A stretch of DNA of 25,700 nt. Origin: a virus. Taxonomy: Duplodnaviria > Caudoviricetes. The notes under the pieces were generated by a model that made no database searches, had not been told where the DNA came from, and was given only the letters and a program-made list of their open reading frames with translations. Shown here piece after piece: positions 25,172 through 25,700 of this stretch (position 1 is its first letter; each line of letters starts with the position of its first letter). The position numbers and the translations under genes were made by a program. The stretch is from IMG/VR virus record IMGVR_UViG_3300020042_005716, positions 1-25,700 of that record; one strand, given 5' to 3'.

Positions 25172-25700
25172 ATGGCTAATAACACAACGAGAAACATTAC
25201 ATACCCAACTTCCGGTGATAGCATCTCACCGTTGGAGACAGTCTTTGCTACCCTGGCAACAACCACAGACACCGCAATGGGCAACCTTGCAGCGGCTGAC
25301 ATTGTTAGCGGAACTCTACCAATTGTTCGTGGTGGAACAGGCGGCTCAACCGCGGTGGCGGCCCTTGCGGCACTAAACGGTGTCTCTGCTGAAGCCTACG
25401 ACGTTGCTGGCAAAAACAAGATTATTAACAGCGATTTTAGTATTTGGCAAAGAGCCTCAACTGCAACCACCTTAAGTACAACGGGATACTTTGCCGACCG
25501 CTGGCGTTACGTTGCAACGGGTGGAACATCAAAGGCCGTTGTTCAATCACGTCAGGCATTCACGCCAGGTAACCAACCAGAAGCTGGTTACGAAGGAAAA
25601 TATTTTTACCGCATCGCAGTTGGTACTGCGGGTTCGGGTTACACCGCTGAATATGTTGAACAACCAATTGAAGACGTTCGCACTTTGGCTGGCAAAAAAG
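25172..25700 (+). CDS. Tail fibre / receptor-binding protein (3'-truncated; absent from the ORF track)
   Basis: Open frame MANNTTRNITYPTSGDSISPLE...SGTLPIVRGGTG...AGKNKIINSDFSIWQR...YFADRW...EQPIEDVRTLAGK. The GGTG and KNxIINxxFxIWQR motifs are typical of phage fibres. Confidence 0.8.
   Translation, partial: MANNTTRNITYPTSGDSISPLETVFATLATTTDTAMGNLAAADIVSGTLPIVRGGTGGSTAVAALAALNGVSAEAYDVAGKNKIINSDFSIWQRASTATTLSTTGYFADRWRYVATGGTSKAVVQSRQAFTPGNQPEAGYEGKYFYRIAVGTAGSGYTAEYVEQPIEDVRTLAGKK

Larger units (their letters stand above)
1..25700 (+). mobile_element. Tailed phage (siphovirus-type) packaging, head and tail module; free phage or prophage cannot be distinguished here
   Basis: Colinear terminase-portal-protease-capsid-connector-tail tube-chaperone-TMP-minor tail genes, all on the + strand with TAATG overlaps. 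No tail sheath gene, integrase or host genes in the window. Confidence 0.97.

Overview
The whole window is the virion-morphogenesis module of a tailed dsDNA phage with a siphovirus-type gene order, and every credible gene is on the + strand. The order is: terminase large subunit (5'-truncated), portal, prohead protease/scaffold, DUF2190-like head decoration protein, major capsid protein, a collagen-containing fibre gene with a small Cys-rich partner, head-tail connectors, major tail protein, tail assembly chaperone with a -1 frameshift, a 3404-aa tape measure protein (TMP), minor tail proteins and a 3'-truncated tail fibre. Protein motifs and leaderless-type promoters suggest an actinobacterial host (inference). 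The most notable observations are: (1) the TMP carries an apparently intact DEDDh (DnaQ-like) 3'-5' exonuclease domain and a HExxH metallopeptidase-like domain bracketed by a duplicated TMP motif, suggesting an enzyme-loaded injected tape measure; (2) a ~60-nt structured RNA with its own promoter and an anti-Shine-Dalgarno loop lies after the capsid gene; (3) a hairpin loop can pair alternatively with the chaperone RBS or an upstream decoy; (4) the tail tube protein is internally duplicated. All calls come from reading motifs and synteny by eye; no searches were run.
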